64,000 nucleotides of DNA, taken from IMG/VR virus record IMGVR_UViG_3300022926_000002; one strand, 5' to 3'. The DNA is from an uncultured virus (IMG/VR IMGVR_UViG_3300022926_000002) (Duplodnaviria; Heunggongvirae; Uroviricota; Caudoviricetes). The position numbers and the translations under genes are program-made. A model generated the notes under the pieces. The model was not told where the DNA came from. It did not search any database and saw only the letters and a program-made list of their open reading frames with translations. Shown here in pieces: positions 9,111 through 19,150 of the stretch (positions within the stretch are counted from its first letter, which is position 1; every line of letters starts with the position of its first letter).

Positions 9111-10307
9111 ATGGAATATATGAAATTTTTTAAAGACACGGTTGCATCATTTAGAAGCGACGGAAGATATCGAGTATTTAATGATATTATCCGTGAAAAG
9201 GGTCAGTTTCCTAGGGCTATTTGGTATGGGAAATATGCACCAAAGAATATTGTTAATTGGTGCTCAAATGATTATTTGGGTATGGGTCAAAACCAATATG
9301 TCATAGATGCTATGCATACTGCATTAGATCAAACAGGTTCAGGTTCCGGCGGTACGAGAAATATCGGCGGAACCTCAGTTTTCCATGTAACACTTGAACG
9401 TGAAATTGCAACACTACACCAACGTGAAAACGCATTACTGTTTAGTAGTGCATACGTTGCCAATGAGTGGGCTCTAATTGCTCTTTCACGCATCATCCCA
9501 AACATTTGCTTTATATCTGATAATAAAAACCATGCCTCAATCATTATGGGAGTAAAGCACAGCCGTGCACCTAAAATGATTTTTAAGCATAATGATATGG
9601 CAGATCTCGAGAAATGTTTAAAGGCAGCAAAAAAGAATAAGCAAATTCCTTGCGTATTGTTTGAGTCCGTATATTCAATGGACGGTGATGTTGCGCCTAT
9701 TAAAGAAATCGTTGAGTTATCACATAAATATAACGCAATGACTTATATAGATGAAGTCCATGCGGTTGGTTTGTATGGTCCTACAGGTGCAGGTTATTGT
9801 GAACATTTAAATTTATATTCCGATGATATTGATATTATCAACGGCACGTTAGGAAAAGCATATGGGGTACAAGGCGGGTATATTTCAGGTAAGCAAGAAG
9901 TTATTGATGCGATTAGATTGGTTGCATCAGGGTTCATATTCACCACCTCCATGTCACCTGTTATATGTGCTGGGGCACTCGCCAGTATAAAATATCTCAA
10001 AGACCATTCTTGTCTAAGAGATCAACAACAAGAACGAGTAAAAAAGCTCAGACAAATGTTAGAAGAAGCAGGATTGAATATACATCCTAATGCTTGTACT
10101 CACATTATCCCAGTAATGATTAATGATGCCTTTAAATGTAAAGAAGCATCGGATAGATTACTAAACGAATTCGGTATATACATTCAACCGATTAATTCAC
10201 CAACAGTAGAGGCAGGTACCGAAAGGTTACGTATTGCTCCTACACCATACCATACCGATTTGATGATGGTGGAATTAGTCGAAGCGCTGAAAGAAGTATT
10301 GAAATGA
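9111..10307 (+). CDS. hemA: 5-aminolevulinate synthase (Shemin pathway), auxiliary metabolic gene
   Basis: [43 protein letters not shown] (PLP Lys), FIFTTS, GTERLRI. Confidence 0.93.
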   Translation: MEYMKFFKDTVASFRSDGRYRVFNDIIREKGQFPRAIWYGKYAPKNIVNWCSNDYLGMGQNQYVIDAMHTALDQTGSGSGGTRNIGGTSVFHVTLEREIATLHQRENALLFSSAYVANEWALIALSRIIPNICFISDNKNHASIIMGVKHSRAPKMIFKHNDMADLEKCLKAAKKNKQIPCVLFESVYSMDGDVAPIKEIVELSHKYNAMTYIDEVHAVGLYGPTGAGYCEHLNLYSDDIDIINGTLGKAYGVQGGYISGKQEVIDAIRLVASGFIFTTSMSPVICAGALASIKYLKDHSCLRDQQQERVKKLRQMLEEAGLNIHPNACTHIIPVMINDAFKCKEASDRLLNEFGIYIQPINSPTVEAGTERLRIAPTPYHTDLMMVELVEALKEVLK

Positions 10308-10348
10308 ATCAATTAGAAAATGCCTTCTTCAGTAAAAAGGAAAAAACT

Positions 10349-10768
10349 ATGAGTAAAGTAAAAAAGGCATTTTGGTTTTGCCTAGGAATTATTTTGGTAG
10401 GTGTGGCATATCTTGGTGTATTACTACCCGGTCTACCTTGGTCAACACCAATTCTAGGTGCAACATTCTGTTTTGCCAAATCAAGTGACAGACTGCATAA
10501 TTGGATTATGAATCATCCACGGTTCGGTCCATTTGTTAAAAACTGGGGTACATACCGTGTATATCCAACAGCGGCTAAATGGTTGATGGTTGCCGTAATG
10601 AGTACATCCTTGGCATTTATGTGGTTTGGTACAGGAAACGAAAAAGCAACATTATATCTGTTTATTACTTTTGCCTTAATTGTTACGTGGGCGTGGCGTT
10701 ATCCAGGATCACAAGAAATTGCCGAAAAAAGAATTGCCGAAGGTAAAAAGATTGGTTGGCTAAAGTAA
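10349..10768 (+). CDS. ybaN: YbaN/DUF454 family membrane protein
   Basis: GVLLPGLPWSTP..CFAKSSDRLHNWIMNHPRFGP motif; several TM helices. Confidence 0.8.
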   Translation: MSKVKKAFWFCLGIILVGVAYLGVLLPGLPWSTPILGATFCFAKSSDRLHNWIMNHPRFGPFVKNWGTYRVYPTAAKWLMVAVMSTSLAFMWFGTGNEKATLYLFITFALIVTWAWRYPGSQEIAEKRIAEGKKIGWLK

Positions 10769-10778
10769 ATAAATAAGA

Positions 10779-10973
10779 ATGGATCGCTGCAAAAAACAAC
10801 ACATTTTATTTGAAAAAATTAGTAATGGATCTTACAAAGCGATAGATACATGGTGTGGCAATGTGTTAGAAGATGAAACAGTTTGGTATTGCAGTGATGA
10901 ATGTATGGAAAAAGGTGAAGAAGGAAAGCCTTTAAAATACAAGAAAGATTATAATGAAATAAGCATTGACTGA
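10779..10973 (+). CDS. hypothetical protein (Cys-containing)
   Basis: 64-aa ORF in operon context. Confidence 0.5.
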   Translation: MDRCKKQHILFEKISNGSYKAIDTWCGNVLEDETVWYCSDECMEKGEEGKPLKYKKDYNEISID

Positions 10974-10984
10974 GGAGTTATACT

Positions 10985-12007
10985 ATGAAGCGAATACTAA
11001 TCACTGGTGGCGGTGGATTTATTGCTCACCATTTAATTAACCAGGTACTTATCCGAACAGACTGGGAAATTGTAACACTTGATCGGTTAGATTACAGTGG
11101 CAATCTCAATCGACTCCATGATTTACTTCAGGACCGAACTCCTGCCGAACGTAAACGTGTACGGACAATCTTCCATGATTTAAAAGCAGAAATCAACCCA
11201 ATGCTTGAAGCAGACATTGGTAAGGTTGATATTATTGCTCACCTTGCCGCAGGTTCCCACGTTGACCGTTCAATCGAGCGTCCTATGGAATTTGTCATGG
11301 ACAATGTAGTGGGTACAGCTAATCTTTTAGATTATGGCCGTAGGCAGGATAACCTTGAAAGGTTCTTATACTTTTCAACTGATGAAGTATTCGGCCCTGC
11401 ACCTGATGGTATTAAGTATGACGAGTACGACCGTTATAATTGTACTAATCCTTACTCAGCATCTAAAGCTGGTGCTGAGGAATTGGCTGTTGCATACCAA
11501 AATACTTATAATATGCCAATCTATATTACGCATACTATGAACGTATTTGGACAACGGCAACATCCTGAAAAGTTTATTCCAATGACTATTAGGAATGTTC
11601 GAGATGGCGGTATGGTAACTATTCACAGTGATGAAACAAAAACAATTCCAGGATCACGCCATTACATCCATGCTGAAGATGTAGCTGATGCAACAATGTT
11701 CTTATTGGAACACAACCGCACATTGGATATGACAAACAACACAGGAATTAAATGCCCTAAGTTTAATATCTGTGGTGCTACGGAATTAAACAATTTGGAA
11801 CTTGCACAGCTTATCGCTGATTCCCAAGGAAAGGAATTGAATTATCAATTTATGGATTTCCACAGTAGCCGTCCTGGTCACGATCTTCGATATGCACTCA
11901 GCGGTGATAGAATGGCGAATATGGGATGGACACCTCAACCTGTTGAGAAAAGACTTGATGAAGTAGTACATTGGACATTAGAAAATAAAAGGTGGCTTGA
12001 CATATGA
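10985..12007 (+). CDS. dTDP-glucose 4,6-dehydratase-like NAD-dependent epimerase/dehydratase
   Basis: ITGGGGFI, HLAAGSHVDRSI, STDEVFG, YSASKA, RPGHDLRYA. Confidence 0.9.
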   Translation: MKRILITGGGGFIAHHLINQVLIRTDWEIVTLDRLDYSGNLNRLHDLLQDRTPAERKRVRTIFHDLKAEINPMLEADIGKVDIIAHLAAGSHVDRSIERPMEFVMDNVVGTANLLDYGRRQDNLERFLYFSTDEVFGPAPDGIKYDEYDRYNCTNPYSASKAGAEELAVAYQNTYNMPIYITHTMNVFGQRQHPEKFIPMTIRNVRDGGMVTIHSDETKTIPGSRHYIHAEDVADATMFLLEHNRTLDMTNNTGIKCPKFNICGATELNNLELAQLIADSQGKELNYQFMDFHSSRPGHDLRYALSGDRMANMGWTPQPVEKRLDEVVHWTLENKRWLDI

Positions 12008-12567
12008 ATTGGGAAACATTTATAGAACAGAACTATGAGCATGCTTGCAATACAAAAACTGATATTGATGAGCATCTGCCAATCCTAAGAGCATTAGGTG
12101 ACCAATGCGACCATATTACAGAAATGGGTGTTAGGTTTGGTGCAAGTTCAAAAGCATTCTTATGCTGTGACGTAACACTTATTTCATATGATATTGAATA
12201 TAACGAACAAGTAAATAGATTATTTGAAATTGCAAAAGATGCTGGTAAATCGGTTGAGTACATTATTCAAGATGTTCTCAAAACAGAAATTGTACCAACT
12301 GACTTGTTGTTTATTGATACATGGCACTCAAACGAGCAATTGAGACAAGAACTTGCATTGCACGGAAATCAAGCACAGAAATTTCTAGTGTTCCATGATA
12401 CACAAACTTATGGTCTTCAAGATGAAAGTTGGAATAAGATTAAACCGAGTGAACCGGGGTGTGGTTTGTTACCTGCCATTATTGATTTTATAATTGAAAA
12501 TCCGCATTGGCAATTCCATACACACCGAACAAATTGTAATGGACTGACTGTATTAGAGAGAAGATAA
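12004..12567 (+). CDS. class I SAM-dependent methyltransferase (Methyltransf_24-like)
   Basis: EMGVRFGAS, DLLFIDTWH, FHDT, NCNGLTVL. Confidence 0.75.
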   Translation: MNWETFIEQNYEHACNTKTDIDEHLPILRALGDQCDHITEMGVRFGASSKAFLCCDVTLISYDIEYNEQVNRLFEIAKDAGKSVEYIIQDVLKTEIVPTDLLFIDTWHSNEQLRQELALHGNQAQKFLVFHDTQTYGLQDESWNKIKPSEPGCGLLPAIIDFIIENPHWQFHTHRTNCNGLTVLERR

Positions 12568-14114
12568 TGATTGTAGATTGCTTTCCGTTTTTTGCACCGA
12601 CAAATGAAGAAATACTATATTTAAGAGTTAACCTACTCAAAGATGTTGTTGATAAATTTATTATTGTTGAAAGTAACAAAACTCATAGTGGTGAACCTGT
12701 TGAGCGTCGGTTCCTTGAGATTGCTCGTAATCAAGGTTTGCCGATGGAAAAGATCATTTATATTGAGCATGATATTCCTGAAACTGAAGATTTAAAAACA
12801 TTAGCAATTGATAGAGTAAACGCAGGTACTAATAAAAATAATATTGATTCATTATATGCAAGAGTACGTGAGCGTTTACAAAAAGATGCTTGTATCAATG
12901 CTTTTAATCAATTTAATGATGATGACGTTTTTATCTATGGTGATGCCGATGAGATTATCAATCCTCAGCATGTGGAATGGTTAGCAAACCTGTGCCGCGC
13001 CAATACATCCGTGATTTTAAAAATACCTCTTGTTTATTTACAAGGTCGTGCAGATCTGCGTGTCCATCACCGCAATGGTCAACCGCTTATTTGGATGCGT
13101 GCTATGTTCTTTGCAACAAAGGGACAGATATGGAAAAATGGTGGTTTTAATAATATTCGTTGTGGTAATATGCAGGATGATGTTAGATTTCCTATTCAAG
13201 ATGGTAAAGTCATACAGGATCTTGGGTGGCATTTGGCATGGATGGGAACAAACGACCAACGTAATAAAAAAGCACGTTCATTTGCTCATGCCTTTGATAA
13301 ATTCCAATGGATGAAGAAACAAGATGATTTTGTGAACGGTGGATACGAAAAACATTTCAATAGCAATGATCCAGTTGAAGGTGGTATTGCACCTGATGGA
13401 AATCCTGGGCATATATTGAAAAGATATCCTCTCGATAAATTACCAAAAATGCTACTTGATACTCCATACCTTAGTAAATTCTTTTTACCTGAAGTTGATA
13501 TAATGAAAGAGTTTACGTTTAATCACTGTGTTTGTTATTGGTGCCAAAAATTGGATTGGCCTTTGATGTATGATCTTGACGGCGATGGTAAAAAGACATG
13601 GTTTGAAATACCACGGAGTTGTTCTGTCACAGTAAAAGAAAGTCATCCTAACCGCAAGCAAGTTAGCCAGGATGATCCTGAGTACAAAAATGCAAAAAAA
13701 CCACTCATTATATTTACAGAACCCGTTGAAAGGTTTTTGTCTTGTATGAACGTATATCTTGTACCAGGTCAACGGTATTACGATTATGGTAAAGATATTT
13801 TTAAATCATTTGATGTTAATCTTGAAGATTGTACCAAACAAGAAAAGATTGATTATTTCTTTACACATTTAAATAAGGTGTGTTCTTATCATCAAGTACA
13901 CCATTTCCATCCGCAAGTTAGATTTATTGATTTTGAAACATTTGATGAGTTTACGGTTATCAACAAACACGAAACAAGTAATTATCTTGGAACTGACCGT
14001 GTAATGAATAAAACAACAAAAGAAATAAATGAAAGCGATTTAACCAAAGATCAACTTGACTTCATACGTTGGGTTTATCGAGAAGATTACGAGTTCTTTA
14101 AAAATTATGGCTAA
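12567..14114 (+). CDS. GT17-like glycosyltransferase fused to a sulfotransferase-like domain
   Basis: IVDCFPFF..E..L..VVDKFIIVESNKTHSG, GDADEI, GWHLAW; C-terminal FEIPRSCS, EPVERFLS, HFHPQ. Confidence 0.7.
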   Translation: MIVDCFPFFAPTNEEILYLRVNLLKDVVDKFIIVESNKTHSGEPVERRFLEIARNQGLPMEKIIYIEHDIPETEDLKTLAIDRVNAGTNKNNIDSLYARVRERLQKDACINAFNQFNDDDVFIYGDADEIINPQHVEWLANLCRANTSVILKIPLVYLQGRADLRVHHRNGQPLIWMRAMFFATKGQIWKNGGFNNIRCGNMQDDVRFPIQDGKVIQDLGWHLAWMGTNDQRNKKARSFAHAFDKFQWMKKQDDFVNGGYEKHFNSNDPVEGGIAPDGNPGHILKRYPLDKLPKMLLDTPYLSKFFLPEVDIMKEFTFNHCVCYWCQKLDWPLMYDLDGDGKKTWFEIPRSCSVTVKESHPNRKQVSQDDPEYKNAKKPLIIFTEPVERFLSCMNVYLVPGQRYYDYGKDIFKSFDVNLEDCTKQEKIDYFFTHLNKVCSYHQVHHFHPQVRFIDFETFDEFTVINKHETSNYLGTDRVMNKTTKEINESDLTKDQLDFIRWVYREDYEFFKNYG

Positions 14115-14340
14115 AAGAGATAACAGCGCAAAAGTAATTCAAAAATTACAATATGACATTGACCAGGAAAAAAAGCAAAAGGCAATATATCGTAAAGAGA
14201 TTGATGAGCTTCGGCAACAAAAGATGATGTTATTTGAAACAATGGTTGCACTTGTGGATGACGATACATATTGGTCAGATGATGCTAAACAGTCTGGTAT
14301 TATAAACCGTTTGAAAAAAGTGCTACAACAAACCAAATAA
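14107..14340 (+). CDS. hypothetical coiled-coil protein
   Basis: ATG 14107 overlapping the upstream gene end. Confidence 0.55.
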   Translation: MAKRDNSAKVIQKLQYDIDQEKKQKAIYRKEIDELRQQKMMLFETMVALVDDDTYWSDDAKQSGIINRLKKVLQQTK

Positions 14341-14343
14341 CTA

Positions 14344-14379
14344 TTGACATTACTAATAGAATCAGTTTATATTAGAATC
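14344..14379 (+). promoter_or_regulatory. sigma70 early promoter with two GANTC sites
   Basis: TTGACA-N18-TATATT; GAATC at 14359 and 14375. Confidence 0.75.
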
Positions 14380-14405
14380 ATAATAAATATAAACTTGAGG
14401 TAGTA

Positions 14406-14942
14406 ATGTTAAATTTTGTCAAAAATACACCGATCGCAGTAACACAATCTGTTATCCGAATAATCCTTGTTCTAGGACTTGTAGTTGCTGCTAGCACAAG
14501 CCAAGCAGAAGCACAACGGATTGTTGGATTTAATCCATTAGAATTCCCTGAAGAGCACTGTCTTGCCTTAAATATTTACTACGAAGCACGAGGTAGTAAC
14601 CTGGCAGATAAAGCAGCTGTTGCTGATGTTGTTATAAATCGTATGAATGATACACGTTACCCAAATACAATTTGTGGTGTAGTACAAGACGGTTATGTTA
14701 AAGGTCGCCGTGATTGCCAGTTTAGCTGGTACTGTGACGGAAAATCTGATGTTCCCATAGATCTTGACCGTTGGTCAGAAGCACAGAATATTGCGTTTGC
14801 AATGACAAAATGGAGTGAGTTCCGTGGCATCAGTGAAGGTGCAACTCATTACCATGCCGATTATGTACGTCCTTATTGGGCTTCAAGTCTACAACTTGTT
14901 GGTACAATCGGCCGTCACGTTTTTTACCGGTGGAATAAATAA
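14406..14942 (+). CDS. SleB-like cell wall hydrolase (Hydrolase_2) with signal sequence
   Basis: CLALNIYYEARG, VVINR..YPNTICGVV, CQFSWYCDG, GATHYHA, IGRHVFY. Confidence 0.9.
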   Translation: MLNFVKNTPIAVTQSVIRIILVLGLVVAASTSQAEAQRIVGFNPLEFPEEHCLALNIYYEARGSNLADKAAVADVVINRMNDTRYPNTICGVVQDGYVKGRRDCQFSWYCDGKSDVPIDLDRWSEAQNIAFAMTKWSEFRGISEGATHYHADYVRPYWASSLQLVGTIGRHVFYRWNK

Positions 14943-15074
14943 ATGATTGAAATAGTCGGAATATTCCGTGAAGAAGTAATTAAGAAAACATTCAAATGCC
15001 CTTTAGATGCAGGTGAGTTTAAAGATTTTCTTGATGCACAATACCCAATTAAAGTAATATGGAGGAAGATATAA
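14943..15074 (+). CDS. small hypothetical protein (43 aa)
   Basis: ORF read manually; fills the gap and its stop overlaps the next ATG. Confidence 0.4.
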   Translation: MIEIVGIFREEVIKKTFKCPLDAGEFKDFLDAQYPIKVIWRKI

Positions 15075-15385
15075 TGTCAGAAGAAAGATACGTTGTTGTT
15101 ACATCAGTTTCTCAATTTAGAATACGGCATGCTATTCCAATGAGTAAATTACAAGAACTCAATCCTGATATGCCTGTTGATCCCAAATGGGCTGAAGATA
15201 CTGTTGTAATGAATGAAGTAAAAGAATTTTCACAAACTCATCTTGGTGATACTATTATGGATACGTTTGTTCTTGATGAAGAAAGAGTACTTCAACTGTT
15301 TGACCGTGATAATGATTATCTATCAGAATGGGATACAGAAAAGAAATTAAACTGGATCCATGATTGGAAGGAAAAACCACTGTGA
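15074..15385 (+). CDS. hypothetical protein
   Basis: RBS GGAGG, ATG 15074. Confidence 0.6.
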   Translation: MSEERYVVVTSVSQFRIRHAIPMSKLQELNPDMPVDPKWAEDTVVMNEVKEFSQTHLGDTIMDTFVLDEERVLQLFDRDNDYLSEWDTEKKLNWIHDWKEKPL

Positions 15386-15579
15386 CCCATTCCGTCGAAG
15401 AACTATATGAAAAGATAAATGTATTATATAACAAAGGAATAGAATTACACCGTGAAAGGTACCGTGTAGCAGGCAGTTATGATGAAATACAATGTCAGTA
15501 TATGGTTGACGATATAAAAGCATTGGCACGCGAGATTGAACATGGTCCTATTGATTTAAATAGAGATTTTAGTAAGTAA
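15382..15579 (+). CDS. hypothetical protein
   Basis: GTGA overlap with upstream stop. Confidence 0.5.
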   Translation: MTHSVEELYEKINVLYNKGIELHRERYRVAGSYDEIQCQYMVDDIKALAREIEHGPIDLNRDFSK

Positions 15580-15580
15580 A

Positions 15581-15898
15581 ATGGAACATAAAGAATTAAC
15601 ACCTGACTGTTGGGTGGTAATAAGATCAAATAATACAGAGCCTCCGCATTATAGATTGCTTGTAGGTTTTGAAGAAAAAGATGAATATAAAGTTAGCACA
15701 AAGATTGAATCCTGTGAAGCTGTACAGAAAGATTATGTGTTTACAACCGACAAGGTAAAATATTTTTGTAATGACAAGAACCGTGGTTTAAGACCAGTTA
15801 TTAACCACGTATATCTTTCAATGGTTGACTCAAGTCAGCATGACATAACATTAGTCAGAAACGATGAGTATTTCTCACTACTACATTATATGGAATAA
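15581..15898 (+). CDS. hypothetical phage protein
   Basis: TPDCWVVI start resembles small phage proteins. Confidence 0.55.
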   Translation: MEHKELTPDCWVVIRSNNTEPPHYRLLVGFEEKDEYKVSTKIESCEAVQKDYVFTTDKVKYFCNDKNRGLRPVINHVYLSMVDSSQHDITLVRNDEYFSLLHYME

Positions 15899-15901
15899 AA
15901 T

Positions 15902-16669
15902 ATGAAAATTTTGATATGCGGCCATGGTTTCGTTGGTAAGGCTCACGGGTTATTTTTATCATCACACCATGATATTAAAGTGTATGATCCACAATTGGGT
16001 TATAAAGATACTACAGTATTTAATGATGCTGACGCAGTTATTATTGCCGTTTCCACTCCCGAAGGTGAAGATGGTCAATGCGATATGTCAAATGTGTATG
16101 ACACAATCGAGCGCATTATGCCAGGAACACCTGTTCTTATAAAATCAACGGTCAGTCTTGAAGGTTGGCGGTTGATTAACCGTGCCTATCCAAATGAATT
16201 TATTACCTTTTCTCCCGAATACCTCCGAGCAGATTATGCTATGGAAGATTTTAAAAATCAAAAAAGTATAGCTGTAGGTGGCGGTGATGTTAATTTATGG
16301 GTTGGTATATTATCAGAATCATTAGAAATACGTGTTGATATTATGAACCCCGAGGTACTTATTTTAAACAAGTATTTTAGAAATGCGTTTTTGGCAATGA
16401 AAGTTGCCTTCTTTGAACAGATGTATGATATGGCGATTACGTCAGGTGTTGATCCGCACGAATTATTGGCAACTGTTTCAGATGATAAACGTATTGGTAA
16501 AAGTCATACATATATTAATACAAATGACCGAGGTTTCGGTGGTCATTGTTTCCCAAAAGATACATCAGCTTTATTGGCAACAGGCCATCAAATGGGTTAC
16601 GACTTGTCCATCTTATCCGAGGCAATGCAATACAATGAAAGGTTGCGAAATGAGAAAAATAATATATGA
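15902..16669 (+). CDS. UDP-glucose/GDP-mannose dehydrogenase family protein (short form)
   Basis: GHGFVG, IKSTV, SPEYLR, KYFRNAFLAMKV, GFGGHCFPKD. Confidence 0.85.
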   Translation: MKILICGHGFVGKAHGLFLSSHHDIKVYDPQLGYKDTTVFNDADAVIIAVSTPEGEDGQCDMSNVYDTIERIMPGTPVLIKSTVSLEGWRLINRAYPNEFITFSPEYLRADYAMEDFKNQKSIAVGGGDVNLWVGILSESLEIRVDIMNPEVLILNKYFRNAFLAMKVAFFEQMYDMAITSGVDPHELLATVSDDKRIGKSHTYINTNDRGFGGHCFPKDTSALLATGHQMGYDLSILSEAMQYNERLRNEKNNI

Positions 16670-16859
16670 CAATATCTGCGAAGTCGTAAGTACACGGACC
16701 GATGTTATAGTTGAAGCTGAAGCCGATAATATGAGACCAGGAGTTTCATTTGAAGCATATGTAGCAAACAATAAAATTAAAATGAAATGGAACGGCAAGA
16801 TTTACGTTGGTAATGTGTCAGGTATGGAATTTACATCAACAGGACCTAAAGAACTATGA
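16650..16859 (+). CDS. hypothetical protein
   Basis: ATG 16650; stop overlaps next start. Confidence 0.55.
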   Translation: MRKIIYDNICEVVSTRTDVIVEAEADNMRPGVSFEAYVANNKIKMKWNGKIYVGNVSGMEFTSTGPKEL

Positions 16860-17263
16860 AGGTGGGGTTTACTGCATCGGCATTTGATTTACTCCACGCA
16901 GGACACGTTCAAATGTTAAGAGATGCAAGAGAACAATGTGACTTTTTGATATGCGGATTGCAAATTGATCCGACATTAGACCGAGCCGATAAGAATGCTC
17001 CTGTGCAAAATATAGTTGAAAGATATACACAATTAAAAGCAATTAGTTACGTTGATGAGATCATTCCGTATTTGACAGAATCAGATCTTTGTGATATATT
17101 ATCAATGTACCACATAGATGTTCGTATTCTAGGTGTTGAGTACAAAGAAAAAGATTTCACAGGTAAAGACATATGCCGCAAACGTGGCATTGATTTATAT
17201 TTTAATAAACGAGATCACCGTTTTAGTACAAGTGATTTAAGAAGGAGAGTTTGTAATGACTGA
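16856..17263 (+). CDS. glycerol-3-phosphate cytidylyltransferase-like (TagD family)
   Basis: FDLLHAGH, VDEIIPY, RDHRFSTS. Confidence 0.85.
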   Translation: MKVGFTASAFDLLHAGHVQMLRDAREQCDFLICGLQIDPTLDRADKNAPVQNIVERYTQLKAISYVDEIIPYLTESDLCDILSMYHIDVRILGVEYKEKDFTGKDICRKRGIDLYFNKRDHRFSTSDLRRRVCND

Positions 17264-17435
17264 TGGACCATTTAAAGCGGCATTTGATGCAGATACTACC
17301 GGCGTAGTGCATCGTGAGATTATAACCTATCGTATGAAGAACGGTATGATGGTAAAAGAAACCGCATGCCGTGATTACTATAAATCTGGTGATTACCATG
17401 ATAGCATATCAACACAACCGTTGGTGCAACGATGA
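17256..17435 (+). CDS. hypothetical protein (59 aa)
   Basis: ORF read manually, RBS AAGGAG. Confidence 0.5.
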   Translation: MTDGPFKAAFDADTTGVVHREIITYRMKNGMMVKETACRDYYKSGDYHDSISTQPLVQR

Positions 17436-17614
17436 GTGATGAGCAATGGCAAATAGATTCTGATATGCTGATTCAACTTCATAATACCGCAAGGATTATG
17501 GAACAATCCGATAATACGGCAGGTAATGAACTCCGACAAATTGCCGACCGTTTTAGTACACTAATTAAAAATGCACATAGTCGAAGACATTGGTGCAATG
17601 GGAATGAGAAATAA
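17432..17614 (+). CDS. hypothetical protein
   Basis: ATGA overlap. Confidence 0.5.
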   Translation: MSDEQWQIDSDMLIQLHNTARIMEQSDNTAGNELRQIADRFSTLIKNAHSRRHWCNGNEK

Positions 17615-17787
17615 TGTTTAAATTGTTTAAATCTAATACAGACGCAGAAATTGATTTTGGGCAAGATGTATCAATGGTACCACAGATTGAAATAGTACCT
17701 GAGCCATCATTATCAGATATGCTCAAATTGGTTGAAGAACGTCTTGACCGTATTGAAAGTAAAATTGACAAACTACTCAATGAGTAA
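17614..17787 (+). CDS. hypothetical protein (57 aa)
   Basis: ORF read manually, TAATG coupling. Confidence 0.45.
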   Translation: MFKLFKSNTDAEIDFGQDVSMVPQIEIVPEPSLSDMLKLVEERLDRIESKIDKLLNE

Positions 17788-19150
17788 GGTTTGGTTAGGT
17801 ATAAGTGAAGGCTTCCATGATGCCGGTGTAAGTATGATTTGGAACGGGCAAATATTGTCGGCAACTCATGCTGAACGGTTTAGTCGTAAAAAGAATGACC
17901 GTTGGGTTCATCCTATGCAGTATCCGCAAGGTATTAATAACGGATATGATAAGATTGCTTTTTATGAAAAACCTTGGTTGAAAACAACGCGTCAGCTATG
18001 GGCAGGTCAAGGTTTAAAACCAAAACGTACTAAATACAACAAGTCATTCCATCACCATGAGTCTCATGCTGCCGCAGGGTTTTATACTTCAAAGTTTGAT
18101 TCCTGTAATATTTTAGTTATTGATGCAATTGGTGAATGGGATACTGTTTCCGTTTGGAAAGCATGGACGAAGAACGGTATACCAAAAATGATTAAATTAA
18201 AATCATATAAGTATCCGTTTTCAGTGGGTTTGTTTTATTCAGCAATTACTAAATCAATTAAATTGAAGCCACAGGAAGATGAATATATTACCATGGGTAT
18301 GGCAGCATACGGCGAGCCAATTTATACCGATGAGCTCAAAGAAATAATGCTACACAAAAATTGCCATAAAGGAATAGCGCAATTTCAATATGCAAAAGAT
18401 GAAGATATTGCGGCATCAGCACAAAAGGTTGTTGAAGATTTCATTATTGAAATGGTAAAAGATTATTGCCCACACGAAAACCTGATTATGATGGGTGGTG
18501 TGGCATTGAATTGTGTTGCGAATACAAAGGTTGCTGAACTTGGTAAAAACATTTGGATTATGCCAAATCCTGGTGATTGTGGATCTTCATTAGGTGCTGC
18601 GGCACTAGGTTATGGAAAGAAATTGATATGGGAAGATCCATATCTTGGAACGGAGATTAAAAATGAAGTACAAATTAGTGGCGTTGTTCAGCATCTTATT
18701 GATAATTCCTATTGCGGTATTGCGAATGGCCGCGCTGAGTTTGGCCCTCGTGCCCTTGGCAATCGTAGCCTTATCGCTGACCCTCGACGAGATGTTAAAG
18801 ATACCGTTAACGAAATTAAACGTAGACAAAAATTTCGACCCTTTGCACCTGCGATCCTGGAAGAATTTGCTAATGAATATTTCCAAGGACCAATGAATGA
18901 GTATATGCAATTTGTGGCGCAAGCCAAACACGACTATAAATCTGTAACCCACGTTGATGGTTCAGCACGTGTTCAAATTGTAAAACCAAACTGTAAATCT
19001 ATATTACGCCCAATACTTGAGGAATGGTATGAAAAGACAGGTTGTCCAATGTTATTGAATACGAGTTTAAATATTAAAGGTCAACCGATGGTTGATACTT
19101 GGGAACACGCATTAGAATTTGAAAAGAAATATAATGTTAAAGTCTTCTAA
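17780..19150 (+). CDS. carbamoyltransferase (NodU/CmcH family)
   Basis: GFHDA, ERFSRKKND, HHHESHAAAG, DAIGE, GGVALNCVAN, EFGPRALGNRS, FRPFAP, LLNTSLN. Confidence 0.92.
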   Translation: MSKVWLGISEGFHDAGVSMIWNGQILSATHAERFSRKKNDRWVHPMQYPQGINNGYDKIAFYEKPWLKTTRQLWAGQGLKPKRTKYNKSFHHHESHAAAGFYTSKFDSCNILVIDAIGEWDTVSVWKAWTKNGIPKMIKLKSYKYPFSVGLFYSAITKSIKLKPQEDEYITMGMAAYGEPIYTDELKEIMLHKNCHKGIAQFQYAKDEDIAASAQKVVEDFIIEMVKDYCPHENLIMMGGVALNCVANTKVAELGKNIWIMPNPGDCGSSLGAAALGYGKKLIWEDPYLGTEIKNEVQISGVVQHLIDNSYCGIANGRAEFGPRALGNRSLIADPRRDVKDTVNEIKRRQKFRPFAPAILEEFANEYFQGPMNEYMQFVAQAKHDYKSVTHVDGSARVQIVKPNCKSILRPILEEWYEKTGCPMLLNTSLNIKGQPMVDTWEHALEFEKKYNVKVF

